64,000 bases of DNA from Candidatus Bathyarchaeota archaeon. Its GTDB lineage: Archaea > Thermoproteota > Bathyarchaeia > TCS64. The translations under genes and the position numbers were made by a program. Below, in pieces: positions 18,488 to 28,697 of the stretch. Positions within the stretch are counted from its first letter, which is position 1; every line of letters starts with the position of its first letter. Where the stretch lies: contig JBDRQD010000048.1 of assembly GCA_043826455.1 (NCBI GenBank), positions 64,001 through 128,000 on the forward strand, in the 5' to 3' direction. The notes below the pieces were generated by a model. That model saw only the letters and a program-made list of their open reading frames with translations, searched no databases and was not told the DNA's origin.

Positions 18488-19228
18488 GTGAATACAGACC
18501 CCATGGGTCACAGGATCAGGGCAGTCACCTTCGACCTCTGGAACACGTTGATAGAGGTGGTCAGCTACACTGATGATAGGGTTGAGGCGCTTCACAGGGC
18601 TGCTGCCGGGGCCGGATTCGGGGGGCCTGTGGAGGCGGCTTTGGAGGCCTACCGGGGCTCGACGCTGATGTACGAGCGTGAATGGAGGACGCGGCACGTC
18701 CAGGTGGACTCGGGGGCGAGGCTGGACTATATGGTGGAGAAGCTGGGCGTCGAGATGGACGGAGAGGAGAAGGCGGCCCTGATCCGGGAGTTCGAGGACG
18801 TGTTCCTTAGGCACCCTCCGCCTCTGAAGCCTGGTGCATTGGAGGCGGTTAGAGCACTTTCGGGCAGGTACGGGCTCGGCGTGATCAGTGACACGGGCAT
18901 CACGCCGGGCAGGGTAATGCGGCGATACCTACAGGACAGGGGTCTCCTAAGTCACTTCAAGTCGCTGGTGTTCAGCGACGAGACGGGCCTCTGCAAGCCT
19001 CACCCACAAGTCTTCAGACGCGCCTTGGAGGAGCTGAGGGCCAAACCGTGTGAGGCGGTTCACGTTGGTGACCTCCTGCGGACGGATGTGGCAGGGGCCA
19101 AGGCCGCGGGGTTGACGGCGGTGTGGGTGAGGAGCCCGCGCCAGGATGGGGAAACCGACGCTGAGCCGGATTATATCATCGATTCGCTGCATGAGCTGCC
19201 GGGGATCATCGAGTCAATGAGCCGCTGA
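18488..19228 (+). CDS. HAD-superfamily hydrolase
   Basis: FDLWNTL, ISDTG, CKP, HVGDLLRTDVAGA. Confidence 0.9.
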   Translation: MNTDPMGHRIRAVTFDLWNTLIEVVSYTDDRVEALHRAAAGAGFGGPVEAALEAYRGSTLMYEREWRTRHVQVDSGARLDYMVEKLGVEMDGEEKAALIREFEDVFLRHPPPLKPGALEAVRALSGRYGLGVISDTGITPGRVMRRYLQDRGLLSHFKSLVFSDETGLCKPHPQVFRRALEELRAKPCEAVHVGDLLRTDVAGAKAAGLTAVWVRSPRQDGETDAEPDYIIDSLHELPGIIESMSR

Positions 19229-19254
19229 ACTTCATATACTGGGGCCCACCATAC

Positions 19255-19977
19255 ATGGGTAGCTTGATAAGGGCAGTCACCTTCGATCTGTGGAACACGC
19301 TGGTGCACAACAGGAACTACGGGGAGTTCAGGCGGCCCAGGCTGGGGGAGTTTCTGAGGGCTAACGGCGTGGAGCTGGATGAAGCCCGTCTCCTAGATGT
19401 CTACCAGGCCGGTTTCAGGTACAGTTCGGAGCTTCACAGGGAGACGGGCCGCAGGCATGTGCAAACCGATGAGATCGTGGGCCACGTCATGGAGCAGGTG
19501 GGGCTCAGGGACAGGTGCGACTGGACGCCGGTGGTGGACGCCTACGAGGAGGCCGTACTGGGCGACCCGCCGAAGCTGAAGGAGGGTGCCCGGGAGACCT
19601 TGGAGGCACTGCACGGCAGGGTCCGGATCGGCCTAATAAGTGACACCGGGACTAGCCCGGGCCGCGTCATCCGCCGAATCCTAGGTGAGTACAGCGTCCT
19701 GCATTATTTTGATGTAACGGTGTTCAGCGACGAGGTTGGGTACTGCAAGCCCAACGACATTGTATTCAGGACAGCCCTGGAGGCGCTGGGAGTGGAGCCC
19801 GGGGAGGCCCTACACGTGGGCGACCTGATCAAGTCCGACATCGTCGGCGCCAAGAGGGCTGGAATGCGCACGGCGTGGCTCAAGACGGGGGAACAGGAAT
19901 ACGCGCCCGAGGACGCCCCCGATTACGTTATTATGAGCCTCACGGAGCTCATCGGGATCGTCGGAGCCGTGGGATGA
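19255..19977 (+). CDS. HAD-superfamily hydrolase (tandem paralog)
   Basis: FDLWNTL, ISDTG, CKP, HVGDLIKSDIVGA. Confidence 0.9.
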   Translation: MGSLIRAVTFDLWNTLVHNRNYGEFRRPRLGEFLRANGVELDEARLLDVYQAGFRYSSELHRETGRRHVQTDEIVGHVMEQVGLRDRCDWTPVVDAYEEAVLGDPPKLKEGARETLEALHGRVRIGLISDTGTSPGRVIRRILGEYSVLHYFDVTVFSDEVGYCKPNDIVFRTALEALGVEPGEALHVGDLIKSDIVGAKRAGMRTAWLKTGEQEYAPEDAPDYVIMSLTELIGIVGAVG

Positions 19978-20581
19978 ACCTGCCCGTCGTCTCCGCGTAG
20001 CGCCTGTACTCGTCTCCGAATCGGGAGACCAGCAACGCCTCCTCGGTGTCCACCAGGTTGACGTAGCCCGGCACAGCGATTAATGGTACCATTACCGCCG
20101 GGTTATTGACTAACAGCGCCAGCCCTGTAAACATGATGAAGTAGCCCGAGTAGGAGGGGTGCCTCACGTACTTGTAGGGACCCCAGGTCACCAGCCTGTG
20201 GTCGTCGGGCATCTCCCAGGAGACCGAGTACCTTCCCCGGGCCACCACGCTCCAGACGAACAGCAGGACCCCAGCGGCGATGAAGGCGAGGCCGAGGCTA
20301 CCTAAAGCTGCCTGAAACTCGCCTAATGGTACCATTATTAGTGGGATAGGGTCGCCGCCACCGAGCAGCCCCAGAAAACCATAGGCAACAGCCTCAACCA
20401 TGAAGATAATGGTACCAATAGACGCCAACATGGTCCAAAGGTTGCCCGGGCTAGGCACCTCAGCGTACCTCTCCTTCCCCCGGCGCACCCTCTGACCAAC
20501 GACGACGTTGTGGAGGTTCACCCCGAAGAAGAGGGCGAGGAGCCCCAGAAGCGCAGCTGAGGCGGCGAAACCGGGCACCAC
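19949..20581 (-). CDS. Isoprenylcysteine carboxyl methyltransferase-family membrane protein
   Basis: LVTWGPYKYVRHPSY, EEALL...FGDEY, RFIP. Confidence 0.85.
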   Translation of the reverse strand: MVPGFAASAALLGLLALFFGVNLHNVVVGQRVRRGKERYAEVPSPGNLWTMLASIGTIIFMVEAVAYGFLGLLGGGDPIPLIMVPLGEFQAALGSLGLAFIAAGVLLFVWSVVARGRYSVSWEMPDDHRLVTWGPYKYVRHPSYSGYFIMFTGLALLVNNPAVMVPLIAVPGYVNLVDTEEALLVSRFGDEYRRYAETTGRFIPRLRRSR

Positions 20582-20631
20582 AGCACTTGAGGAGACAGAT
20601 GAGGCTTTTATTCAAATCGGAGACAAGAGGC

Positions 20632-22092
20632 TCAGCCTCCGTCAACGTAGACGTTCATCCGTGTCTCGTCGCAGGTGAAACCGTAGCCCGCTGCGTTCAG
20701 CTCCTCCATGGACAACCTGAGCCAGTCACCGAAGCCTCCGCTGCGCGTGTTGTCAGGGTCCATGCTGGAGGTGCCGCCCCACCCGTTGTCCTCGCACACG
20801 GCGCATAGGATATGCTTGGAGCCCCAGTAGTCAACGGCCACGGGGTCGGTGCTCGCGGCCACGACGCCTACATATGTTGCCTCGCTGTAGGTGGCCCTGG
20901 GCCCCGCCCCCGGCCTAGCGTTTACATAGATAGCGTCCACTATGTTCAGGTCCGGGACCCTGGTCTGCGCCATCAGAGTGCCCATACCTCCGCTGCCTAC
21001 CGAACTATGGGCCCTGTAGCCCAGATCCCTGGTGAGCCTGTCGGAGGTCACCCCCATGTAGTGTTTGACGGCGCCTGTGACACCGAATATGCCGTGGGTC
21101 TTGAGGACTGGGACGTTGATGACCTTCAGCTTTCCCGGGTCGTAGTCGTCCTCCCCGGGCAGGTAGACGCCGTGCCGGAAGCTGACCATGGTGCCGTACT
21201 CGGTGGTGAACTTGGGGTAAGCCGATATGGATGAGGTTGACGTGGCCACCCTGGTGGAAACCACGTAGCCGTCCTCCAAGTCCCCATCAGCGAACTCCGA
21301 GACCACCGTGGCGGTGATACTGTCCCAGAGGTAGGCTGATACCCTGTGCTCAGGCTTGAAGCCGTTGACCACGTCCACCATGGACTGGCCGCGGTCCTGA
21401 GCGTTGCTGCTGCCCCAGTCCAGGCTGCCGCCTCCTCCAGCGGAGCCGTACTGGGCCTGCCCGTTATCCGCAACCACCACCTCTCCCTTGAAGCCGTCCG
21501 GGTGCTCAACTATGGCCTGAATAATGCTCTTCACTAGGTCCGTGTTGGTTCCTCCCCGCTGATCCCACTGACTGTTAACCTTGATGAGAACCACATCGTC
21601 GGCAGAGAAGAGCCCCTCAGGTCCGTTCAGGGACCCATGCTTGGCTGACCTGTAGAACTTGAGACCGTTACCGGCCATGACGTTCAGAAGCCTCTCCACC
21701 ACGTCGTCGGCGCCGTTTGTGCCGGTGACCACGTAAATGTCAGATGCTGGTGACGTCGAAGCCCTCATGGGGCTCAGCTCCAACTGGGAACCTGGGACCA
21801 TATCTGTTTCACCTACCATTAGATGCCGGTAACCTATATACCCGCCACCGACAACCAAGAGCCCGGCGACCAGAAACACCAGCCTCCTGTCGCTGAGCCT
21901 CTCCCCTATGGAGCCGACGTGAAGAACCGGGTACGCGTACGTGATGAGCCACAGGTTGGCGTTCACCTGCGCGGCCCTCTGGCAAGGATACACGGCCCTA
22001 GAAGGCTTCAGGCCCGACCTGACGAGAAACCATACGAGGCACAGCAGCCCGTAAATGAAGAAGCCGCGCCTGAGCCTACCTGATTGCATCAC
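20632..22092 (-). CDS. DUF362-domain protein, membrane anchored
   Basis: VLIKVN, INVPVLKTH, TGAVKHYMG, ASTDPVAVD. Confidence 0.75.
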   Translation of the reverse strand: MMQSGRLRRGFFIYGLLCLVWFLVRSGLKPSRAVYPCQRAAQVNANLWLITYAYPVLHVGSIGERLSDRRLVFLVAGLLVVGGGYIGYRHLMVGETDMVPGSQLELSPMRASTSPASDIYVVTGTNGADDVVERLLNVMAGNGLKFYRSAKHGSLNGPEGLFSADDVVLIKVNSQWDQRGGTNTDLVKSIIQAIVEHPDGFKGEVVVADNGQAQYGSAGGGGSLDWGSSNAQDRGQSMVDVVNGFKPEHRVSAYLWDSITATVVSEFADGDLEDGYVVSTRVATSTSSISAYPKFTTEYGTMVSFRHGVYLPGEDDYDPGKLKVINVPVLKTHGIFGVTGAVKHYMGVTSDRLTRDLGYRAHSSVGSGGMGTLMAQTRVPDLNIVDAIYVNARPGAGPRATYSEATYVGVVAASTDPVAVDYWGSKHILCAVCEDNGWGGTSSMDPDNTRSGGFGDWLRLSMEELNAAGYGFTCDETRMNVYVDGG

Positions 22093-22187
22093 CTTGTCTA
22101 AACATGTGGCACCTTATCATAGTAATTGATGAAGGGCCATGACACCCCAGGATCGGTTTATATTGCTGAAGCCGAGTGGGGTTACCC

Positions 22188-23111
22188 ATGATCAGCAGGG
22201 TCGGCATCCCCGTGGTGGACGCCCACAGCCACTACTTCAGCTCAGGCACCCTGAAGGCGTGGGCCGAGCGGGGCAGAACCATGGACAGCTTCACCAGCAG
22301 GCTCAACACCCGCACCGACATGAAGAGCATCGAGATACCCGATCAGAACTGGGACACGGCCCAGAGGTGGGTGGACGAGCTGGACAGGTACGGCGTCCAG
22401 GCCATGGGGGTCATGGTGGGCAGGGAAGCCTACGACGAGTTCCAAGTGACCATGAAGCGGTTCCCGGGCAGGTTCATCGGGTACGCCAACATAAGTCCCT
22501 TCGATGAGGACGCCGCTGAGCAGGTGAGGCGCGCGGCCCGGGACGGCTTAAAGGGCATCAAGCTGTACCCCTCCAGCTGGAAGGACATGAAGGTGTACGA
22601 CGAGCCCCTGTACCCAGTATACGAGGAGTGCAGACGCAGCAAAATGGTCGTCTTCCTCCACTTTGGCATCACCATAGGCGGCCAAGCCGACCTAAGAAAC
22701 GGCAACCCCATAGACATCCAGGTGCCCAGCCGCGACTTCCCCGAACTCAAGTTCATCATAGCCCACTTCGGGGCCGGCTTCTTCCGTGAGGTCCTCCTCA
22801 TGCAGTACCAGGCCGACAACGTGTACATGGATAGCAGCGGCAGCAACAGCTGGATGAAGTACATGCCCTACGACCTGGACCTGAAACAGATATTCAGGAA
22901 AGCCGTCCAGGCCGGTGGCAGCCACAAGGTCCTCTTCGGCACCGACAGCACCTTCTTCCCCCGGGGCTGGAGGATCAACATCCTGGAGGCTCAGCACCAG
23001 GCCTGCACCGCGTTGAAGGCCGACGGGGTCCTCAAGGACGATGACATCCTCAAGATATTCGGCGGCAACATCCTGGACCTCACCGGCTTCAAGCCGGCCT
23101 CAACACTTTAA
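22188..23111 (+). CDS. Amidohydrolase_2 family protein
   Basis: DAHSH, GIKLYP, IAHFG, LFGTDS. Confidence 0.85.
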   Translation: MISRVGIPVVDAHSHYFSSGTLKAWAERGRTMDSFTSRLNTRTDMKSIEIPDQNWDTAQRWVDELDRYGVQAMGVMVGREAYDEFQVTMKRFPGRFIGYANISPFDEDAAEQVRRAARDGLKGIKLYPSSWKDMKVYDEPLYPVYEECRRSKMVVFLHFGITIGGQADLRNGNPIDIQVPSRDFPELKFIIAHFGAGFFREVLLMQYQADNVYMDSSGSNSWMKYMPYDLDLKQIFRKAVQAGGSHKVLFGTDSTFFPRGWRINILEAQHQACTALKADGVLKDDDILKIFGGNILDLTGFKPASTL

Positions 23112-23135
23112 ACCGGGGCCGCCGATCCTTCACTG

Positions 23136-23825
23136 ATGCCCCGAAGAAGACGAGGCTACCCAGTTGCAGTCCTCATAGGTCTCAACCAGGACCACGCCAC
23201 CCTGTGGGACGTTTTCAGCGAGTCCGTGAAGCCGGGGCCAAAAGTGTACGAGGCGTCAAAATATGCCCTCCACGAGGCCATCGTCAACCACCTCAGGCCA
23301 AGGTTCAGCGAAGGGGTGAAGACCGTGCTGGCGGCCGCCGAGAATGGAGACCTCTACGAAGGTTTCATGGCTCACATTAGGAAGCACCACAGTTGGCTAC
23401 TGAAGGGCTGGGAGCTCAACACGGTCACCTTCATCCGCCTAGAGGAACCGGCATCCGACGCGGAGGAGGTGAGGCGCCTGGTCTCGACTCCCATGTTCAA
23501 GTCAAAGCTATTGGAGGCGTCGGAGGGTGACCTGAACCAGGTGATGGGGGCCCTGGAGCGGCGGCTCAGCAGCCCGGAGGGAATTGAAACCGTGGTGTTC
23601 AGCCTTGAGGACGCGGAGGCCGCGGTCTACAGTGAAGCACCCCCCGAGTACCTGCTGGTGCTGGAGGCCTTCCAGAGGAAGCACGCGAGGAGAACCATGA
23701 GGCTTCTGCAGGTGGCCCAGAACCGGAACGTCAAGACAAGGGTGATCCCAGCAGGATCATCTCACACCGCGAGGCTGTCCCAGTTCGGTGGCCTCGTGTG
23801 CATGTTGAGAGATGAGCCCCGGTAA
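23136..23825 (+). CDS. Pelota/eRF1 domain 2-3-like protein
   Basis: Begins with a domain-2-like strand (AVLIGL...ATLW); C-terminal ARLSQFGGLVCMLR resembles the pelota/eRF1 'LxxLGGIAAxLR' end. Confidence 0.5.
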   Translation: MPRRRRGYPVAVLIGLNQDHATLWDVFSESVKPGPKVYEASKYALHEAIVNHLRPRFSEGVKTVLAAAENGDLYEGFMAHIRKHHSWLLKGWELNTVTFIRLEEPASDAEEVRRLVSTPMFKSKLLEASEGDLNQVMGALERRLSSPEGIETVVFSLEDAEAAVYSEAPPEYLLVLEAFQRKHARRTMRLLQVAQNRNVKTRVIPAGSSHTARLSQFGGLVCMLRDEPR

Positions 23826-24180
23826 CTGAGAGTAACCCACTCAGAGATGTAAAAAGACGCTCAGAGAAAGCGTCAATGTAGCTTCCTGAAAGGATGAATC
23901 AAGTAAATGGATGACATACCGTGAATGGTTTACCTTTAAATTTAGGGGTAATCCTTCCGAAACGAGCCGTTCTACTTTAAAGCGTCGTTTTCAAGAGCTT
24001 TATTGACAACCTGTTATCATCACGGCGTGATGAATTCCCTTGACTTTTCTCCGCAAGATGAGAGCATCCCCCTTGTTATGTTAGTATTTCATCTAGTTAT
24101 TGATCTATAATGAAGGAAACACCAAGGAAAAGGCCGCGGCGAAAAAGAGAGAAACTCTCAACAAGCGGAAGAGTCTGAGG

Positions 24181-25557
24181 TTACCATTCCTCTATGAAGG
24201 CGTGAACCTCGTCCAGAAACTTAGAGGGCTTATAGGTGTCAATCATGGTGATACCCATCTTCCTCATCCTCTCGAAGCTCTCCTTGGTGTAGGGCCTGAA
24301 GATGCTCTTCCTGGCCAGGGGAGATACGCAGGCGCAGACCCGGACCCCCAGCTCCATCATCCTCTCTAGGATGTAATAGTTCTGGAGGTTCTGCTCCGAG
24401 ACCTCCCCGGGCTGCGTCAACACGAAGTCGCTGAATATGAAGACCAACCTGTCGCTGCGGTCGCTGATATCCGTGATCTCCTCGTAGGCCCACTGGAGGC
24501 TCTTCCCGGGGACGGTGCCACCCCAAGTCATGCTGGTGAAGCCGCCGCTGAACTTGCGCTCCATCTCCGTGGTGGTCATGGTCACCATGTTCACCAGGTC
24601 CTCCAGCACGTTGTTCAGGTTGGCCTCCTCGTAAAAGTCTTTGATGACGTGGCTGTTGCTCTCGTATAGGCAGAGGCCGTACTTCTCCCTGCGGAGCCCC
24701 CATACCAGAGGCACCATGCTGAGGACGCTGTAGCTGATGCTGTTGATGCCCTCAAGGTCATAGAACATGGTATTGCTGATGTCCAGAATGTACACTATGT
24801 GACGCTTCTGCTTCTCCCTCTGCTGCATGAGAAAGTCGTCGTACCTGATCTCATCTATCTGCCGCCCCAGGTCCAGGATGTTATCCAGGCTCCTCTCCTC
24901 GTCGATGAGGTCCGGGTCCTCCCCGGCCTGGAAGGGCGTCAGTGTCCTGTGCTTGGCCCACTCCTCCCGGCGCTCAAACTCGCGCCCGATCTTCAGGAGC
25001 TTCTCCTTCAGTATCTCGGCCAGTATCCTCCGCGTCTCCTCGTCCTTGCTCCCCTTCATCACCTTGACCCCGGCCTTGATGAGCTCGTCCTCGCCGGGGC
25101 CTACGCCTATGTCGGGCTGGTTCTTGTACTGGGTGAAGATGTCCACGTCAGAGTTGTGGGCCGCCGCGAACTCGTTCTCAAGGCCTTTGCCGAAGGGCGT
25201 CACGTAGACGGTGTCCTGGGTAGCCTTGCTGAGGAGGCTGAGGAGGGCCTCGCCGCTCATGTCATACTGGGGCTTATCGTCCTCGTACTGGGCGTTCACC
25301 ATGATCTCCACGGCTATCTTCTCGGCCGTCTTCTGGCTGTCCACGCCGCTGGTGACCACCGCCGCGTTCAGCAGATCATTGAAGCTCAGGTAACCCTTCC
25401 GTAGGAAGGGTGCCAGGAGTAGCCTGCCCATTGTGATGCCCTGCCGGGGGCTAGGCTTGTCCTCCACCTCCCGGTGCACCCGCATACGCGTAATAAACTC
25501 TGGTATAAAGTAGTGAGCAAACTGGAAAGGGTACCTCATGTAAGCGTTATCGGACAC
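24181..25557 (-). CDS. VWA-domain protein (CoxE-like partner of MoxR)
   Basis: YILDISNTM (MIDAS variant), GGT, IFSD; coupled to the MoxR gene. Confidence 0.75.
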   Translation of the reverse strand: MSDNAYMRYPFQFAHYFIPEFITRMRVHREVEDKPSPRQGITMGRLLLAPFLRKGYLSFNDLLNAAVVTSGVDSQKTAEKIAVEIMVNAQYEDDKPQYDMSGEALLSLLSKATQDTVYVTPFGKGLENEFAAAHNSDVDIFTQYKNQPDIGVGPGEDELIKAGVKVMKGSKDEETRRILAEILKEKLLKIGREFERREEWAKHRTLTPFQAGEDPDLIDEERSLDNILDLGRQIDEIRYDDFLMQQREKQKRHIVYILDISNTMFYDLEGINSISYSVLSMVPLVWGLRREKYGLCLYESNSHVIKDFYEEANLNNVLEDLVNMVTMTTTEMERKFSGGFTSMTWGGTVPGKSLQWAYEEITDISDRSDRLVFIFSDFVLTQPGEVSEQNLQNYYILERMMELGVRVCACVSPLARKSIFRPYTKESFERMRKMGITMIDTYKPSKFLDEVHAFIEEW

Positions 25558-26457
25558 CTACCCGAGTCTCCTCTCCACGATCTCGTCAACAAGCATGGAG
25601 ATCGTCTTACCCTCCTCCCGGACCCTCATCTCCTTGCTGAGGACGGCCGGCGCGAAGAACCTTATGGCCGCGTTCTCGTCCCCGAACCTGGAGAGATACT
25701 TGTTCACCAGCCTGGTGAGGAAGATGCCTGACCTAGGAGAGGCCGGAACCTCAAAGGCCGGGTTATGCCGGGTCTCATCCACTATGTCGTAGATCTTGTC
25801 CAGGGCGGAGACGGGGAGGCTGAACGCGGGGGTGTTCTCCCTTATGATCTCCATCTCAGTCTCCCTGTTTGGGTACCCGAGCCTGATCCAGCACCCGATA
25901 CGGTCCACAAGCACCTTACTCAACCTATACGTCCCGGAGGTCTCTATGGGGTTCTGGGTGGCCACGAACGCAAAGTTCTCGTGGGCCTTGATCATGCCGA
26001 GGGGGAACAGGTGGTAGTGGCGCTCCTCCAGGGGGCTGATGAGGCTGTTCTGGCAGAACTCGGTCGCCCTGTTGAGCTCCTGGGCCACGAAGAGACCCCC
26101 CTCCACCATGGACCTTATGAGGGGCCCAGGCTCGAAGCTGCTTACGTTGCGGCCGTTCCTGACCACCAGGGCGGGGTCGAAGCTGCCTATGAGGCGGCTA
26201 GGGGTGACGTTCTCGTCGAAGAAGACCTCGTGGAAGGTGCGGCCCGTGTCCTCGGCCACCTTCCTGGCCAGCAGGCTCTTGCCGACGCCGGGGGGGCCCA
26301 CAAGGCACGGGGTGATGCCTGTGTCTAGGCTGTCGCGCAGGAGGTCGTAGGCTGTCTGGTACTGTCCCTTGAGCACCACCTGGTGCTCTATCTTGATGTT
26401 CTCGACGATGCTCTTCTCAAGCATCTTTCGGAAGCCCTGCTCCCTCTCCACCATCAT
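25558..26457 (-). CDS. MoxR-family AAA+ ATPase
   Basis: GPPGVGKS Walker A, QELNRA (variant Walker B), ATQNP, DR, SPR. Confidence 0.9.
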   Translation of the reverse strand: MMVEREQGFRKMLEKSIVENIKIEHQVVLKGQYQTAYDLLRDSLDTGITPCLVGPPGVGKSLLARKVAEDTGRTFHEVFFDENVTPSRLIGSFDPALVVRNGRNVSSFEPGPLIRSMVEGGLFVAQELNRATEFCQNSLISPLEERHYHLFPLGMIKAHENFAFVATQNPIETSGTYRLSKVLVDRIGCWIRLGYPNRETEMEIIRENTPAFSLPVSALDKIYDIVDETRHNPAFEVPASPRSGIFLTRLVNKYLSRFGDENAAIRFFAPAVLSKEMRVREEGKTISMLVDEIVERRLG

Positions 26458-26673
26458 GACTAGTCCAACATGTTATCACATTGCTCAATAAAAAGGTTAA
26501 ACACGGGACATTGTTTTATCCCTGACATAGGCGACAAACCAAATAAGTAGTGCAGGGTGGTTTTGACTGGACGTTCTTAGAATGGTTTAAATGTCTGTAT
26601 TGTTCGTTTGATTTGAAATCGTTATTCTTAATAACTCAAGTGGGGTAGAGTAACGATTCAAAGAGGGAACAAT

Positions 26674-27498
26674 TTGATCGAGATAAGGTTGCACGGCAGG
26701 GGCGGCCAGGGAGCGGTCACCGCATCCAGGATCCTCGCCACTGCGGCATACGAGGAAGGCCAGTACAGTCAGGCCATACCCATGTACGGCACCGAGCGTC
26801 GTGGGGCGCCACTCACCGCCTTCGTTAGACTAGACAACCAGCGAGTCAGGGAGCGTATGCTTGTACATAACCCTGATATCAGCATCGTCCTAGACCCCCT
26901 TATCGCTAAACAGCAGGCAGTAGTGGACGATCTCAAGGAAGGCGGCCTGGTTCTCCTGAACACAGCAGAGGCCCCCGAGGAGGTCAAGCTGGGCGGCGAC
27001 TTCAAAGTCGCCACCGTAGACGCCACAACAATCGCCCTTGAGACCCTGGGAAGGCCCATCACCAACACAGCCATCCTGGGCGCCTTCGTGAAGGTCACGG
27101 GCGCCATGAAGCTGGAAAGCATCGAGAAGGCCATCAAGAAGTACTTCCCTGGAAGGCTGGGCGACATGAACATCGCCGCTGTACGGAGGAGCTACGAGGA
27201 GGTCAAGGGGCCCATCCAGGCCGTCGTTAAGAGCGCTACACAGGAGAAGATAGACATTAACGTCGGCGGCTACGGAGTCCTCAAGGACGTGTCTAGCTGG
27301 CGCGTATTCACACCCGAGATCGACGTGGACAAGTGCATTGGCTGTAAAAGCTGCTGGATATTCTGCCCCGAGACCGCCATACAGTGGGACGAGGCCAAGA
27401 AGAAGCCCTACATCGAGTACAGGAAGTGCAAGGGCTGCGGCGTCTGCGATAACGAGTGCCCAGTCAAGGCGATCGAAATGGTGAGAGTGGAGGTATAG
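26674..27498 (+). CDS. 2-oxoacid:ferredoxin oxidoreductase, fused gamma-delta subunit
   Basis: HGRGGQG, YGTERRGAP, NTAILGA; C-terminal 2x CxxCxxCxxxCP. Confidence 0.92.
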   Translation: MIEIRLHGRGGQGAVTASRILATAAYEEGQYSQAIPMYGTERRGAPLTAFVRLDNQRVRERMLVHNPDISIVLDPLIAKQQAVVDDLKEGGLVLLNTAEAPEEVKLGGDFKVATVDATTIALETLGRPITNTAILGAFVKVTGAMKLESIEKAIKKYFPGRLGDMNIAAVRRSYEEVKGPIQAVVKSATQEKIDINVGGYGVLKDVSSWRVFTPEIDVDKCIGCKSCWIFCPETAIQWDEAKKKPYIEYRKCKGCGVCDNECPVKAIEMVRVEV

Positions 27499-27502
27499 AA
27501 AG

Positions 27503-28672
27503 ATGTCATACGAAGTAATGGTAGGTAACAAGGCCGCCGCCACCGCGTGCAAGCTCGCGCGCGTACAGGTGGCCAGCGCTTTCCCCATCACACCCCAGAC
27601 AACCATCACACAGTATCTCTCCGAGATGCACGCCAACGCAGAGTGGGACTTCGACTTCGTCAACGTTGAGGGTGAGCTCACCAGCCAGGTTGTGGTCCAG
27701 GGAGCATCAAGGGTTGGCGCCCGCACATTCACGTGCACAAGCGGACCCGGGCTCCTCTACATGCACCACCCCATGCAGACAACGGGCAGCGGAAGGCTAC
27801 CCGTCATCATGGCCGTGGTACACAGAGGATACAAGGGGATGCAGCCAGACCACAGCGACCTCATGAGCCAGGAGTGGACCGGGTGGGGCCACTGGTATGT
27901 GGAGCACGCCCAGGAGATCCTGGACACACTTCTGATGGCGTACAAGGTGGCCGAGGACCCCAGGATCAGGATACCCATCGCCGTCGGCTACGACGGCTAC
28001 GTCCTCAGCTACACGGCCGAGCCCGTGGAGATACCCGAACAGGACCTGGTCGACGAGTGGCTGCCACCCAACAAGGCGATCCCAGAGATCCTGCCCGACA
28101 AGGTGGACCCCTCCACCTTCGGAAGGGGATGGGGCGGCGGCGACCCACAGATGGCCTGGAAGGTACACCACGACGCCATCCTCAAGATCGAGGAGGTCCA
28201 CAAGGAGGTCATGGACAGCTTCGAGAAGACCTTCGGCAGGCGCTACGGCAACAGCATGATCGAGACCTACAAGATGGAGGACGCCGAGGTGGCCATCATG
28301 GCCATGGGCACCATCGCAGGCACATGCAAGGCGGCCGTGGACAGGATGCAGGCGGACGGCAAGAAGGTCGGCCTCATCAAGCTGAGGAGCTACATACCCT
28401 TCCCCAACAAGGACATGCTGGAGTGGGGTAAGAAGCTGGACGGCATAGCCGTGGTCGACAGAAGCATCTGCCCAGGCAAGGGAGGACCAAGCTTCCAGAA
28501 GCTCAGGGACACTCTATACGACCTCAAAGACAAGGAGAGACCCAAGATGTTGCAGTTCCACGCCGGGCTTGGCGGCAAGGAGGTTCGCGTCCGAGACTTC
28601 GTGTCCATCGGCGACAAGATCCTCCAAGTTGCCAAGGGCGGAAAGGTAGAGAACCTAGTGACATGGGTTTAA
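27503..28672 (+). CDS. 2-oxoacid:ferredoxin oxidoreductase alpha subunit
   Basis: FPITPQT, VEGE, TSGPGL, GLGG. Confidence 0.9.
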   Translation: MSYEVMVGNKAAATACKLARVQVASAFPITPQTTITQYLSEMHANAEWDFDFVNVEGELTSQVVVQGASRVGARTFTCTSGPGLLYMHHPMQTTGSGRLPVIMAVVHRGYKGMQPDHSDLMSQEWTGWGHWYVEHAQEILDTLLMAYKVAEDPRIRIPIAVGYDGYVLSYTAEPVEIPEQDLVDEWLPPNKAIPEILPDKVDPSTFGRGWGGGDPQMAWKVHHDAILKIEEVHKEVMDSFEKTFGRRYGNSMIETYKMEDAEVAIMAMGTIAGTCKAAVDRMQADGKKVGLIKLRSYIPFPNKDMLEWGKKLDGIAVVDRSICPGKGGPSFQKLRDTLYDLKDKERPKMLQFHAGLGGKEVRVRDFVSIGDKILQVAKGGKVENLVTWV

Positions 28673-28697
28673 GAGGAACGGAGTAGGTGAAAAACAG

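Noticed and set aside
23826..24180. AT-rich 350-bp gap between convergent genes
   Set aside because: Only short imperfect palindromes; no credible ORF or RNA could be supported
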